Translations under genes and position numbers: made by a program
Assembly (NCBI GenBank): GCA_963749915.1
Contig: CAVVOP010000021.1
Span: 64,001-128,000, forward strand
Source of the DNA: an uncultured cyanobacterium
Lineage (GTDB): Bacteria; Cyanobacteriota; Cyanobacteriia; Cyanobacteriales; Cyanobacteriaceae
DNA length: 64,000 nt
Direction of reading: 5' to 3'
Notes under the pieces: model-generated
What the model saw: the letters and a program-made list of their open reading frames with translations, nothing else
Told to the model about the DNA's origin: nothing
The model's database searches: none
In this document: positions 50,205-61,153 of the stretch, piece by piece
Layout: every line of letters starts with the position of its first letter
How positions within the stretch are numbered: the first letter of the stretch is position 1

Positions 50205-50846
50205 ATGCTTTTAGCCCTAGAAAAAATTAATGTTTTAGAAGGACAAACTCTTGTTATTAATGATGTCAATTGGCAACAGTTTGAGGAAATTTTATTAGAA
50301 TTAGGAGAACATCGCAATAGTAAAATCGCTTATTACGATCAAACTTTAGAAATTATGAGTCCATTACCAGAACACGAGAGCGATAAAGTTTTAATTACTA
50401 ATATTTTAGAAATTTTATTAGAAGAACTTGATATAGAATTTTGGAGTTTGGGTTCCACTACTTTTAAAAGCGAATTATTGCAAAAAGGACTAGAACCCGA
50501 TAACTGTTTTTACATTCAAAATGAAGCTAAAATTAGAGGTAAAAAAAGGATAGATTTAAGTATCGATCCTCCTCCTGATTTAGCCTTAGAAATTGACCTA
50601 ACTTCTCGTACTTATCCTAATATTTATTTAGCTTTAGGAGTTCTTGAATTATGGCGTTTTGAACAGAACAATTTACAAATAAATATTTTGGACAATGGGC
50701 AATATATTCAACAAGAATTTAGTCCTATTTTTCCAAATATTCCCATTAAAAAATTAATTCCTGAATATCTTTATAAGTGTAAAATAGAAGGAAGAAATAA
50801 AACGTTAAAAGCCTTTAGAAATCTGATTAAAGAATATATAAAATAG
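50205..50846 (+). CDS. Uma2 family putative endonuclease
   Basis: LEIMSPLPEHE, GSTT, EPDNCFY, PPPDLALEID, LGV.ELWR. Confidence 0.92.
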   Translation: MLLALEKINVLEGQTLVINDVNWQQFEEILLELGEHRNSKIAYYDQTLEIMSPLPEHESDKVLITNILEILLEELDIEFWSLGSTTFKSELLQKGLEPDNCFYIQNEAKIRGKKRIDLSIDPPPDLALEIDLTSRTYPNIYLALGVLELWRFEQNNLQINILDNGQYIQQEFSPIFPNIPIKKLIPEYLYKCKIEGRNKTLKAFRNLIKEYIK

Positions 50847-50903
50847 GAGCTTTACAAACAAGAGTTTCTGAAGTTTTAAAATTGTTAGAATAGGTAAAAA
50901 AAT

Positions 50904-52334
50904 ATGTCAAAAACTATTATCATTGATCCCGTTACCCGCATCGAAGGACACGCTAAAATATCCATTTATTTAGACGACAATGGACAAGTAAATGATGCTC
51001 GTTTTCATGTGGTAGAATTTCGGGGTTTTGAAAAATTTTGTGAAGGAAGACCAATGTTTGAAATGGCGGGAATTACCGCCCGAATTTGTGGAATTTGTCC
51101 TGTCAGCCATTTACTCGCTTCTGCGAAAACTGGGGACAAAATTTTAGGAGTAAAAATTCCTCCCGCAGGAGAAAAGTTACGACGGTTAATGAATTTAGCA
51201 CAATTAACTCAGTCTCACGCTCTTTCTTTTTTTCACCTTAGTAGCCCTGATTTTCTCTTGGGTTGGGACTCTAATCCTTCTACCCGTAACGTTTTTGGTT
51301 TGATGGCGGCTGATCCCGACTTAGCACGGGCAGGGATTCGTTTACGCGCTTTTGGACAAAATATCATTGAATTACTCGGAGCAAGAAAAATTCATGCGGC
51401 ATGGGCAGTCCCCGGGGGAGTGCGATCGCCGCTTACTCCGGAAAATCGTCAATGGATTGAGGATAATCTGCCGGAAGCTAAGCAAACCACAGAATTAGCC
51501 TTAAATCTCTTTAAAAGGCTCTTAGATAGGGAATTAACCACGGAAATCAACGTATTTGGCAACTTTGATTCTTTGTTTATGAGTTTGGTTGCCCCGAATG
51601 GTAATTGGGAACATTATGGGGGACATTTGCGTTTCGTTGATAGTCAGGGTAACATCGTCGCTGATGGCTTGAGTGAAGATAATTACAACGACTTTTTGGG
51701 GGAAGCGGTAGAAAATTGGTCGTATCTCAAATTCCCCTACTATAGTCCTTTGGGCTATCCTGATGGTATTTATCGAGTTGGTCCTTTGGCACGCTTAAAT
51801 GTCTGCGATCGCATCGGTACACCCCAAGCAGATCAAGAATTATGGGAATTTCGCCATCGGGCAGGAGGGCGTATAGCTACTTCTTCATTCTTCTATCATT
51901 ACGCTCGACTAGTTGAAATTGTCGCTTGTTTAGAGGCGATCGAGAACTTGATAAACGATGCTGACATTTTGTCAACCAGAGTACGTGCGGAGGCAGGAAT
52001 CAACTATTTAGAAGGCATTGGGGTAAGTGAAGCACCCAGAGGCACACTGTTTCACCACTACCAAGTGGATGACAATGGCTTAATCAAAAAGGTAAACCTA
52101 ATTATTGCCACTGGACACAATAACCTTGCCATGAATAAAACCGTCACCCAAATCGCTAAACACTATATTAACAGTACGGACATTTCCGAAGCTATGTTAA
52201 ACCGTGTAGAGGCGGGAATTAGAGCATTTGATCCCTGTTTGAGTTGTTCCACTCATGCCATCGGACAAATGCCATTACACATCGAATTAGTGGATTGTGA
52301 GGGGAAAATTATCAAGGAAATTTATAAAAATTAA
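50904..52334 (+). CDS. hoxH: Bidirectional [NiFe] hydrogenase large subunit (group 3d)
   Basis: TRIEGH, RGFE, L1 [19 protein letters not shown]2 DPCLSCSTH plus cleavable C-terminal tail. Confidence 0.97.
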   Translation: MSKTIIIDPVTRIEGHAKISIYLDDNGQVNDARFHVVEFRGFEKFCEGRPMFEMAGITARICGICPVSHLLASAKTGDKILGVKIPPAGEKLRRLMNLAQLTQSHALSFFHLSSPDFLLGWDSNPSTRNVFGLMAADPDLARAGIRLRAFGQNIIELLGARKIHAAWAVPGGVRSPLTPENRQWIEDNLPEAKQTTELALNLFKRLLDRELTTEINVFGNFDSLFMSLVAPNGNWEHYGGHLRFVDSQGNIVADGLSEDNYNDFLGEAVENWSYLKFPYYSPLGYPDGIYRVGPLARLNVCDRIGTPQADQELWEFRHRAGGRIATSSFFYHYARLVEIVACLEAIENLINDADILSTRVRAEAGINYLEGIGVSEAPRGTLFHHYQVDDNGLIKKVNLIIATGHNNLAMNKTVTQIAKHYINSTDISEAMLNRVEAGIRAFDPCLSCSTHAIGQMPLHIELVDCEGKIIKEIYKN

Positions 52335-52421
52335 TTGACAAATAATCAGGTTTGTAGTGAACTCTTGAGGGCAAAAAAAGCCTCAAGCTTTTACTGCGAA
52401 ACTTATATAGGAGTCAAAATT

Positions 52422-52679
52422 ATGATCAAAGAAAACTTATATTTATGTATGGGTTCGGCCTGTCATCAACTGGGGGTTTATGAAGTTTTACCTAAGCTAC
52501 AATCTTTGATTAAGAAACATAATCTTAACAGTAAAATTGAATTAAAGGGATCATTTTGTTTAGAAAGTTGTAGCTCAGGAATTGTGATGAAATTTAGGGA
52601 TAAACACTTTGTTGGCATCAGTCCTCAGAATTTAGAAGATAAATTTGTGAAAGAAATATTACCCATGATTAAAAAATAA
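52422..52679 (+). CDS. Thioredoxin-like [2Fe-2S] ferredoxin (HfsA-like / NuoE C-domain)
   Basis: CMGSAC (C-x4-C) and FCLESC (C-x3-C); 85 aa from an ATG with AGGAG RBS. Confidence 0.88.
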   Translation: MIKENLYLCMGSACHQLGVYEVLPKLQSLIKKHNLNSKIELKGSFCLESCSSGIVMKFRDKHFVGISPQNLEDKFVKEILPMIKK

Positions 52680-52709
52680 AAATAGATAATAAAAATTTAA
52701 TAATTAAAT

Positions 52710-53210
52710 ATGTTGGAAAGTAGCCAAAATCATCTTTATCAATTATTATGGGAATATGACCCTAACGCCTTAATTGCCACAGATTCTGAATTAATAATTA
52801 AATTAGTAAATCCATCTTTTTGTCAACTATTTAAAATAGAAAATACTGAGATAATTGGTCAATTGGCCATCGATATATTAGGAAATATTGAGCATATAAA
52901 AGAGGCATGGGAAAAAAATCAGGTAATAAAAAATAGAGAGACAGAATATTTAAAACATAATATTATTGTTAAAGAATTTATTTTTCCTATTCAAGAAGAA
53001 AATTTTATTTTGTGCATTATGACGGATATAACCGCTGAAATACGGCAACAGAAAGAATTAAAAGAAATGCAGGAAGAAATGATCAATAAAGTGAATAAAG
53101 TTGTCCATAATCAAATGAAAGTTGCCCAAGAAATAGCAGGATTATTAGGAGAAACCACCGCAGAAACTAAAGTTACTTTATTTAAACTGTTAGAACTTTT
53201 TAACAAATAA
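52710..53210 (+). CDS. Stand-alone PAS protein with HydS/HfsB-type C-terminal helix
   Basis: DPNALIATD..IKLVNPSFCQLF..IIGQ (PAS), DIT, then VNKVVHNQMKVAQEIAGLLGETTAETKVTL. Confidence 0.85.
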   Translation: MLESSQNHLYQLLWEYDPNALIATDSELIIKLVNPSFCQLFKIENTEIIGQLAIDILGNIEHIKEAWEKNQVIKNRETEYLKHNIIVKEFIFPIQEENFILCIMTDITAEIRQQKELKEMQEEMINKVNKVVHNQMKVAQEIAGLLGETTAETKVTLFKLLELFNK

Positions 53211-53263
53211 CTATTTAGTCTCTTATTTATTGTTAATTTTTTATTGTTTATGTAACTAAACTT

Positions 53264-54430
53264 ATGATAGAAGATAATTTTTTCGATATTTATTATTATA
53301 GTTTAAATAAACAAAATGAAGAATTATGTGGTGATCAAGTAAAATTTACTAAAACGGAAACAAAAAGTACCATCGTACTTTCAGATGGCTTAGGAAGCGG
53401 TGTTAAAGCTAGTATTTTAGCCACTTTAACCACCGAAATACTAATTACGATGCTCGATGCAGATTTGCCCCTCAAAGAAGTCATCGAAACCATTGTTGGC
53501 ACCTTACCCATTTGTCAAGTAAGAAATATTGCCTATGCAACTTTTACTATTATTAGCCTTGATCACATTACCAATAAATTTCATGTAATTAACTTTGATA
53601 ATCCTCCTATTTTTCTTCTAAAAAGGGGGATTATTGTACCCTTGCAACATCAAACTGAACAAATATTAAACAAAAAAATTAACTCCTGTCAAGGCCTCTT
53701 AGAAAGAGGCGATTTTTTAGGGGCGGCGAGTGATGGAATTCTCTATGCCGGTTTAGGAAATACCATGAATTTTGGTTGGGGTTGGGAAAATATTGCTAAA
53801 TTTATGGAAAATATTTTTCGCAATAAAGCCACTAATTCTCGTTATATTATTGAGCAAATTATTAATGAAACTAAAAAATTATACTGTGATCATATTGGCG
53901 ACGATGCCACTTTTGTCGGGGTATATATTCGTAAACCTAAACCGTTGATGATTTTTACAGGACCTCCATTAGATGTTACCAGAGATGAAGAATATGCGGA
54001 ACAATTATTGAGTTTTCCCGGCAGAAAAATTATTTGTGGAGGCACCACTGGTAATATTGTCGCCAATTATATGGGAGAAACCATCGAAATGGATATTATG
54101 ACGATGAGTAAAGAATTGCCACCCATTGGTAAACTGAAAGAAATTGATTTAGTTACCGAGGGAATTTTAACTATTTCTAAAGCAAAAGAAGTATTAATTA
54201 AATGTAAATTTGATATTACTAGATTACCTACTATCAAAAATGGGGCGGTATTATTAGCTAGAGAAATTTTAGAAGCTGACTCAATTTATTTCTTAGTTGG
54301 ACAACAAATTAATGAATTTTATCAAAATCCTTTGTTACCAAAAAATATATCTATTCGTCGTAGTTTAATAGAAGATTTAGTACAGCTTTTACGCAACCAT
54401 CAAAAACAAATTATTCTTGAATATTGTTAA
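53264..54430 (+). CDS. SpoIIE/PP2C-family Ser/Thr phosphatase, HfsC-like
   Basis: ELCGD, LSDGLGSGVKASILA, YATFT, SDG, GDDAT; extra C-domain FTGPP..KIICGGTT..DLVTEGILT. Confidence 0.9.
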   Translation: MIEDNFFDIYYYSLNKQNEELCGDQVKFTKTETKSTIVLSDGLGSGVKASILATLTTEILITMLDADLPLKEVIETIVGTLPICQVRNIAYATFTIISLDHITNKFHVINFDNPPIFLLKRGIIVPLQHQTEQILNKKINSCQGLLERGDFLGAASDGILYAGLGNTMNFGWGWENIAKFMENIFRNKATNSRYIIEQIINETKKLYCDHIGDDATFVGVYIRKPKPLMIFTGPPLDVTRDEEYAEQLLSFPGRKIICGGTTGNIVANYMGETIEMDIMTMSKELPPIGKLKEIDLVTEGILTISKAKEVLIKCKFDITRLPTIKNGAVLLAREILEADSIYFLVGQQINEFYQNPLLPKNISIRRSLIEDLVQLLRNHQKQIILEYC

Positions 54431-54625
54431 ATAAATTTGGTCGTGAAACAAAAAATTGTTAGCCATTTAACCTTTTTACTTCAGAAGAGCCGCACCCTTC
54501 TTCATTTCTATCCTATCCTACCCCATCAGATAAACTAATCAGTCTTATTCGTCTTATATTATCATCCAAACCATAAAGTTCAGTGAGTATTTCATATTGA
54601 TTTTAATTTTAGTTTTGCAATAGGT

Positions 54626-55237
54626 CTATTTAATCGATTTCAAAACAAAATCCCTGACTAAGTGCATTTCGGCGGGGATAATTTCATGGGCGATGTCAAA
54701 TTCTTTGTATTCTACACAAACCCCTACACCTTCTAATTTTCGTTTTGCCTCTTGGGCGGTATGAATAGGGACAACAGGATCAAGTTTTCCATGACAAATT
54801 AACGTAGGGGGAAACGGATTTCTGTCAGGGGTGGGTTCAAAATGTAGGTAACCGCTCATGCTAACGACCCCAGCAACAGGTAACTGTAATCCTACATCTA
54901 AACTCATCGCTCCTCCCTGAGAAAATCCCCCAACGATGGTTTTCGATAAAGGTATTTCTGTTATATCTTCTAGGGATAACAACCATTGGTAAAACTGATC
55001 CAAACTGGCTTCTATTCCTTCATTCTGATTTTCTAAAGCGTACCACGCCCTGCCACCGGGGACTTGATAATGTGCAAAAGGAGCATTGGGAAACAAATAT
55101 AAACAAGAGGGTAAATTTAACATGGAAGTAAGGGCGGTCAAATCATGATAATTAGCTCCCCAACCATGCAACAACACGAATGAAAATTCGGGTTTTTGCT
55201 CATTTTCGGGAGCAATGGAAATAACATCAAGATTCAT
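54626..55237 (-). CDS. Phospholipase/carboxylesterase (alpha/beta hydrolase)
   Basis: LHGWGAN, GFSQGG, HGKLDPVV, HEI. Confidence 0.92.
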   Translation of the reverse strand: MNLDVISIAPENEQKPEFSFVLLHGWGANYHDLTALTSMLNLPSCLYLFPNAPFAHYQVPGGRAWYALENQNEGIEASLDQFYQWLLSLEDITEIPLSKTIVGGFSQGGAMSLDVGLQLPVAGVVSMSGYLHFEPTPDRNPFPPTLICHGKLDPVVPIHTAQEAKRKLEGVGVCVEYKEFDIAHEIIPAEMHLVRDFVLKSIK

Positions 55238-55331
55238 AAAAAAAATAATAGTTAATATACAATGGATGGTTGTGTTGGCTGTGTATTAATTCTGGCGAGT
55301 AAGAGAGAATATTTGTAGAACATACAATTAC

Positions 55332-56687
55332 TTATGCTACAACTAAATATAAAGCCTCACCAGTTAAACTAAAAGGACGAACTTCCGTTATTTTTACAGG
55401 GATAATTTTTCCCTTTAACTCTTGTATATTTCCCGAAAAAAAAGTTAATCTGTTACCGTCAGTTCTACCCATGACTTGGGTGTTATTTTTAGGGTTAACA
55501 TCTTCTACTAATACTTTTTCTACTCGATTTAAGTATCTTTGAGATCTTTGTGCAGCTTTTATCGATACTAAATGATTTAACTGTTGAAGGCGATCGCCTT
55601 TTTCTTCTTCACTGAGTTGATTCTCCCACACTGCGGCTGGAGTATTTGGACGAGGGGAATAAGCCGCCGTATTTAGTTGATCAAAACCAATATCATTGAC
55701 CAAGGTTAAAGTATTCTGGAATTGTGCTTCTGTTTCCCCTGGAAAACCAACAATAGCATCGGCACTAATGGACGCATGGGGCATATAATGACGAATTTTA
55801 GTGATAATATCCCGATAACGCTCATGGGTGTAACCCCGTTTCATGGCTTTGAGAATGTCATTATCCCCAGACTGGAAGGGGATATGGAAATGTTCGCACA
55901 CTTTCGGTAACTCATGACAAGCCTTAATTAAACGTTCGGTAAAATAACGGGGGTGAGAGGTTGCAAAACGGATGCGCTCAATACCCTCCACGTCATGAAT
56001 ATAGTAAAGTAAATCTGTGAAAGTGTATAAGTTTCGCCCTGTTTCCGTCGTGCCGGGTAAATCACGGCCATAAGCATCAATATTTTGACCTAATAACGTT
56101 ACCTCCTTATAACCTTGACGGGCAATGTCTTCAATTTCCGCTTTAATGGATTCAGGAGTCCGAGATTGTTCTACACCCCTAACATTCGGCACAACGCAAT
56201 AACTACATCTTTCATTGCAACCATAAATAACATTTACCCATGCGGAAATCTCACTTTCACGACGAGGCTTAGTAATATCCTCATAAATATGTATAGGATC
56301 AGTTGCTACAATCTGGTTACCAGCAAAAACCTGTTCTAATAAACTATCTAAACGATTAGCATGTTGTGGTCCCATAACCAAGTCTAACTCAGGTACACGT
56401 CTTAATAATTTTTCTCCTTCCTGTTGGGCAACACATCCAGCAACCACTAAAGTCAAATCTGCTTCAATATGTTTCCGTTTTGCTTGTCTGCCCAGATAAG
56501 AATAAACTTTTTGCTCAGCATTATCTCGGATGGTACAGGTATTATACACAATAACGTTAGCATTATTTGGATCTTCAGTACATTCAAAACCCATATTTTC
56601 TAAAATACCCGCCATGCGCTCAGAATCTGCCTTATTCATCTGACAGCCAAAGGTAGTAATATTATAAAGACGTTTTTTCTCGGTCAT
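55332..56687 (-). CDS. miaB: tRNA-2-methylthio-N6-dimethylallyladenosine synthase
   Basis: [41 protein letters not shown] domain. Confidence 0.97.
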   Translation of the reverse strand: MTEKKRLYNITTFGCQMNKADSERMAGILENMGFECTEDPNNANVIVYNTCTIRDNAEQKVYSYLGRQAKRKHIEADLTLVVAGCVAQQEGEKLLRRVPELDLVMGPQHANRLDSLLEQVFAGNQIVATDPIHIYEDITKPRRESEISAWVNVIYGCNERCSYCVVPNVRGVEQSRTPESIKAEIEDIARQGYKEVTLLGQNIDAYGRDLPGTTETGRNLYTFTDLLYYIHDVEGIERIRFATSHPRYFTERLIKACHELPKVCEHFHIPFQSGDNDILKAMKRGYTHERYRDIITKIRHYMPHASISADAIVGFPGETEAQFQNTLTLVNDIGFDQLNTAAYSPRPNTPAAVWENQLSEEEKGDRLQQLNHLVSIKAAQRSQRYLNRVEKVLVEDVNPKNNTQVMGRTDGNRLTFFSGNIQELKGKIIPVKITEVRPFSLTGEALYLVVA

Positions 56688-57005
56688 AGTTTTAGATAAA
56701 AATAATCATCAAATTTTGCCTAACCTTTCTAGTATAAGTTAAGGGACAGTCTAATGAGTTTGAGGTTGGGAATTATATCAGGGAAAAAGGGTTATTTTTT
56801 TGATTACTTTTTTCATCTCAAAATATCAGTATCAGCAAATTTAGCTGGGGATATTTTGTCTTTTTTGACACGGAGTCGAGATATATTTTGCCAGTGGAGA
56901 ATAAATACCAGAATATTCACATATATCTTTTTATTTACCAGTGGTGGATTAGAATAAAACTGAAGGTATAATGAAGTGTCATTTCAGTTATTCAATGTGC
57001 TATTT

Positions 57006-57992
57006 ATGTGGAGAAAAAAAACCCAGTTTAATTTCTTTTTGGTAATTTTTAGCTTGATTGTTTTATTATTATGGGGGCAAAATATCTTAGCTAAGGAAAC
57101 CCTACTCAATAACAATGATGTTACGTTTAGTCCCATAAAAGAACAAATCATTGCCCAACAAGACTTCGAGAAAGTAGAAATCAAAACCATTCCCATTAAA
57201 GCTAATCTTTATATGTTAGAAGGGGAAGGCGGAAATATAGGAGTTTCTGTCGGCAAAGATGGAGTTATAATCATTGACAGTCAATTTGCACCATTATCTG
57301 CAAAAATTAACTCTGCCATTGGTAAAATTAGTGATCAACCTATCCGTTATTTAGTCAATACCCATTATCACTTAGATCATACGGGAGGAAATGAAAACTT
57401 TGCCAATGGTGGCACCGTGATTATTGCCCATGATAACGTAATTAAACAAATGAAAGTACCCCATTCTTATAAGGTTTTGGGAATGGAAATACCTGCGTTC
57501 TCTAATAACGCTTTACCGAAAATTACCTTTAGTGATAGTGAGACTTTTAATCTTAATGATAATCAAATCAAGGCTTTTCATCTTCCCCTAGCCCATACCG
57601 ATGGCGATATAGTAATTCATTTTAGCGATCAAAATGTCATCCATACAGGAGATTTATTCTTTAACGGTATATATCCCTTTGTTGATAATGGTGTAGGTGG
57701 TTCAGTACAAGGTATGATTGCGGCAATTGATCAAATTTTACCCTTATGCGATGACCAAACCTTAATTATTCCGGGTCATGGTAAATTATCTAATCGTCAA
57801 GAATTAATGGCTTTTCAGGAAATGCTTAAAACCGTTAATCAGAGAGTAAAAGAAGGTTTAGAGAAAAATATGACTTTAGATGATTTAATAAAAGCGAAAA
57901 CTTTAGCAGACCTAGACGAAACTTGGGGTAAAGGATTTTTAAATTCTGACCAATTTTTAACTATTGCCTATGAAGGCTTGAAAAATAGCTAA
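57006..57992 (+). CDS. Secreted MBL-fold metallo-hydrolase
   Basis: Signal peptide; NTHYHLDHTGGN, AHTDGD, HTGD, PGHG. Confidence 0.9.
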   Translation: MWRKKTQFNFFLVIFSLIVLLLWGQNILAKETLLNNNDVTFSPIKEQIIAQQDFEKVEIKTIPIKANLYMLEGEGGNIGVSVGKDGVIIIDSQFAPLSAKINSAIGKISDQPIRYLVNTHYHLDHTGGNENFANGGTVIIAHDNVIKQMKVPHSYKVLGMEIPAFSNNALPKITFSDSETFNLNDNQIKAFHLPLAHTDGDIVIHFSDQNVIHTGDLFFNGIYPFVDNGVGGSVQGMIAAIDQILPLCDDQTLIIPGHGKLSNRQELMAFQEMLKTVNQRVKEGLEKNMTLDDLIKAKTLADLDETWGKGFLNSDQFLTIAYEGLKNS

Positions 57993-58013
57993 CAATAATT
58001 ATTCTACACAAGT

Positions 58014-58040
58014 AAAAAAAATAGCCCCGGTTCCGGGGCT
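58014..58040 (-). terminator. Intrinsic terminator of psbD
   Basis: AGCCCCGG-TT-CCGGGGCT hairpin adjacent to an A run (U tract on the minus strand). Confidence 0.8.
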
Positions 58041-58074
58041 TGGAATTTAGATGATTGTTAACTTATCTTCAAAT

Positions 58075-59133
58075 TTAGAGAGCGTTACCACGAGGTAATA
58101 CTTCTTCAGGGAAGACGAATTTTTCATGGGGTTGATCTTGAGGCGCCATCCATGCGCGCAACCCTTCGTTTAAGAGGATGTTTTTGGTATAAAAAGTCTC
58201 AAACTCTGGATCTTCCGCCGCTCTTAATTCTTGAGAGACGAAGTCATAAGCACGGAGGTTAAAGGCTAAACCGACAATCCCAATGGAACTCATCCACAAT
58301 CCAGTGACGGGTACAAACAACATAAAGAAGTGTAACCAACGTTTGTTGGAGAATGCAATTCCGAAGATTTGAGACCAGAAACGGTTTGCTGTCACCATAG
58401 AATAGGTTTCTTCAGCTTGGGTAGGTTCAAAGGCACGGAAAGTGTTTGCCTGTTCACCATCTTGGAATAAGGTATTTTCTACCGTTGCACCGTGAATAGC
58501 ACAAAGCAATGCACCACCCAAAATTCCGGCAACACCCATCATGTGGAAGGGGTTGAGTGTCCAGTTATGAAATCCTTGTAAGAATAAGATAAAGCGGAAG
58601 ATTCCTGCTACTCCAAAAGAAGGAGCAAAAAACCAGCTAGATTGTCCTAAAGGATACATTAAAAACACACTAACAAATACGGCTATAGGACCAGAGAAAG
58701 CGATAGCATTATAAGGACGAATCCCCACAAGACGAGAAATCTCAAATTGGCGTAACATGAAGCCGATTAAAGCAAAAGCTCCGTGTAAGGCTACGAAAGG
58801 CCATAAACCACCGATTTGAAACCAGCGAGTTAAACTTCCTTGAGCTTCAGGTCCCCACAAAAACAGTAAGGAATGTCCAAAAACGTCCGCGGGACTAGAT
58901 ACAGCCACAGTTAAGAAGTTAGCACCTTCTAAATAAGAACTGGCTAAACCGTGAGTGTACCAAGAGGTAACGAAGGTCGTACCAGTTAACCAGCCTCCTA
59001 ATGCTAAATAAGCACAGGGAAACAGAAGAATACCAGACCAACCAACGAATACAAAGCGGTCTCTTTTGAGCCAGTCATCAAGGGCATCAAACCACCCTCT
59101 TTCTGCTGGTGCACGTCCGACTGCAATGGTCAT
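58075..59133 (-). CDS. psbD: Photosystem II D2 protein (stand-alone psbD2-type copy, no psbC behind it)
   Basis: [33 protein letters not shown], 352 aa. Confidence 0.99.
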   Translation of the reverse strand: MTIAVGRAPAERGWFDALDDWLKRDRFVFVGWSGILLFPCAYLALGGWLTGTTFVTSWYTHGLASSYLEGANFLTVAVSSPADVFGHSLLFLWGPEAQGSLTRWFQIGGLWPFVALHGAFALIGFMLRQFEISRLVGIRPYNAIAFSGPIAVFVSVFLMYPLGQSSWFFAPSFGVAGIFRFILFLQGFHNWTLNPFHMMGVAGILGGALLCAIHGATVENTLFQDGEQANTFRAFEPTQAEETYSMVTANRFWSQIFGIAFSNKRWLHFFMLFVPVTGLWMSSIGIVGLAFNLRAYDFVSQELRAAEDPEFETFYTKNILLNEGLRAWMAPQDQPHEKFVFPEEVLPRGNAL

Positions 59134-59379
59134 AAAATAAACTCCAAATGAATATAATTACTAAAACGTTACTTTTAGGTTTTCTCTTGTCCTAATTTTA
59201 GGTTAAGACTATTTTCTGAGAAAAATTTACTTTTCTTAACGTTAACTTATACTAACATTTTATGGGAAAGTTGCAATGTTTAACAAGTAAATTGTTAAAA
59301 AATGCTTAAAAATATTAAAATTGATTAAGTTTATCTCCCTTTCTCGTAACTTAAAGTAATTAAAGTACAAACAAAAATT

Positions 59380-59652
59380 ATGTTTACCATTGATTTGTTA
59401 GTTAGATACATTCCCGTTCCTTTATCCGTTGACAAAAAAGAAGAGTCTGAAGCCCAAGCTATGTACCAAAGTATCTTGGAAGCAATCAAAAGTAATGATG
59501 TGCAAGTTATCGAATTAACTTGCGATAAGCAGACCGATAAAAAAATCGCTGTTTTGAGTGATCAAGTTACTGGGGTTGTGATTTCTCAGAAAGATGGTGT
59601 CATGGCTGGAAGTAAAGTTCCGGGATTTTTTGCCACATTAACCGATAAATAA
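59380..59652 (+). CDS. Conserved cyanobacterial small protein (UPF0367-like)
   Basis: MFTIDL..P.PLSV..K..A...Y..I...IELTCDKQ..KKIAVLS. Confidence 0.75.
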   Translation: MFTIDLLVRYIPVPLSVDKKEESEAQAMYQSILEAIKSNDVQVIELTCDKQTDKKIAVLSDQVTGVVISQKDGVMAGSKVPGFFATLTDK

Positions 59653-59780
59653 ATTGATAATTAACCATTAACCATTGACAATTGACAGTTAACAACCATT
59701 AAACTTCTTTAATTAACTATTTATTGGAGATGTTTATTTTTCATTAACTATTAACTATTAACTATTAGCCATTAATTTTC

Positions 59781-60443
59781 TTGATTAACTCTAATTTTGC
59801 CGTCGTCGTCGAGGATTTAAATTTTGGTTGGAATCCTCAAACTAACGTCTTAAATACTTGCTGTCTTAAGGTGCCAAAAGGACAATTTTGGATGTTATTG
59901 GGGAATAATGGTTGTGGGAAATCAACTTTATTGAGATTGTTAGCAGGCTTACTTACTCCCGATAGCGGTACCACAAAAACTGACGCACCTTTAGGATTTG
60001 TGTTTCAAAACCCCGATCATCAATTAGTAATGCCCACTGTGGCCGCCGATATTGCCTTTGGGTTAGTCGAGGAAAAACTGAACCTATCCCAAGTAAAATT
60101 AAGAGTAGAAGAGGCCCTGACGGCAGTTAACCTAAGAGAGTTAGAACGTCGCCCTATTTATGCCCTTAGTGGTGGACAAAAACAACGTATTGCCATTGCA
60201 GGAGCGATCGCCCGTCATTGTCAGGTATTATTATTAGATGAACCAACGGCATTATTAGATCCAGATACTCAGATAGAGTTAGTCGCCTTAGTGCAAAAAT
60301 TGGTAAAGGAAAGGGGAATAACGGCTTTATGGGTGACACATCGTTTAGAAGAGTTGAACTATGCTGACGGCTATTTTTTATTAAAACAAGGACAAGTGGT
60401 GAGTCAAGGAAATCCTCAACAATTATTTGAAAATTTGCGGTAA
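59781..60443 (+). CDS. ECF/CbiO-type ABC ATP-binding protein
   Basis: GNNGCGKST, FVFQNPDHQ, LSGGQKQR, LLDEPT. Confidence 0.9.
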   Translation: MINSNFAVVVEDLNFGWNPQTNVLNTCCLKVPKGQFWMLLGNNGCGKSTLLRLLAGLLTPDSGTTKTDAPLGFVFQNPDHQLVMPTVAADIAFGLVEEKLNLSQVKLRVEEALTAVNLRELERRPIYALSGGQKQRIAIAGAIARHCQVLLLDEPTALLDPDTQIELVALVQKLVKERGITALWVTHRLEELNYADGYFLLKQGQVVSQGNPQQLFENLR

Positions 60444-60531
60444 TAAACACACCGAAAATCTTAAATTTTTGTTAAAATCTACCATTATGACATCATAAAA
60501 ATCACCCTTAGTTAAATACGTATGCAAAGAA

Positions 60532-61077
60532 ATGGTTTCTACTACTTCTCAAGCTATCTTGTTGGTAGATGGCTACAACATAATTGGGACATGGTACTGG
60601 CTAAAAAAAATCAGAGATAAAAACGGTTTAGAACACGCTAGGGACTCTTTAATTGAGAGTTTAGTTAACTATACAGGTTATAAAGAATTGAACGCAAAAA
60701 TAGTCTTCGATGCTCATTACCAAAAAACTCCTAGCTACGAAGAAAAACATGGTAAAACCCTATCAGTTCACTATACATCTTATTCTGAAACGGCGGATAC
60801 CTATATTGAAAAATTTTGTGCTTCTTTTCCTCGCCGTAATCCGCAAACTGAGACAAGAATCATTGTAGCCACTTCAGATCAGGCACAACGTCACACTGTT
60901 GTCGGATACGGAGCAGAATGGCTGTCAGCTCAAGGATTAGCTAAAGAAATTGATTCCACAAAAAACAAAGAAAAGCGAAATTTTCGCTCTCGTCAGAAAT
61001 CTCACGGGCGCTTTCTATTTAATTCCCTTGATAGCAAAACCCAAAAGGCTTTGGTTCAGATGCGCTTTGGTAACTAA
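60532..61077 (+). CDS. NYN-domain (YacP/Rae1-like) ribonuclease
   Basis: LLVDGYNIIG, VFDA, ETADTYIE, VATSD. Confidence 0.9.
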   Translation: MVSTTSQAILLVDGYNIIGTWYWLKKIRDKNGLEHARDSLIESLVNYTGYKELNAKIVFDAHYQKTPSYEEKHGKTLSVHYTSYSETADTYIEKFCASFPRRNPQTETRIIVATSDQAQRHTVVGYGAEWLSAQGLAKEIDSTKNKEKRNFRSRQKSHGRFLFNSLDSKTQKALVQMRFGN

Positions 61078-61153
61078 CAATACTACTGGCAAATAACCAG
61101 TCAATGGAGTTGAATTATTTTCCTAAGACTGTTACCATGGTAAATGGTCTTAA

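Noticed and set aside
52335..52421. N-terminal extension of the [2Fe-2S] ORF abutting the hoxH stop
   Set aside because: The ATG at 52422 has a clear AGGAG RBS and gives the expected domain size; read-through fusion is not supported.
56754..56957. 67-aa ORF between miaB and the MBL hydrolase
   Set aside because: Low-complexity AT-rich divergent promoter region with no motif support.
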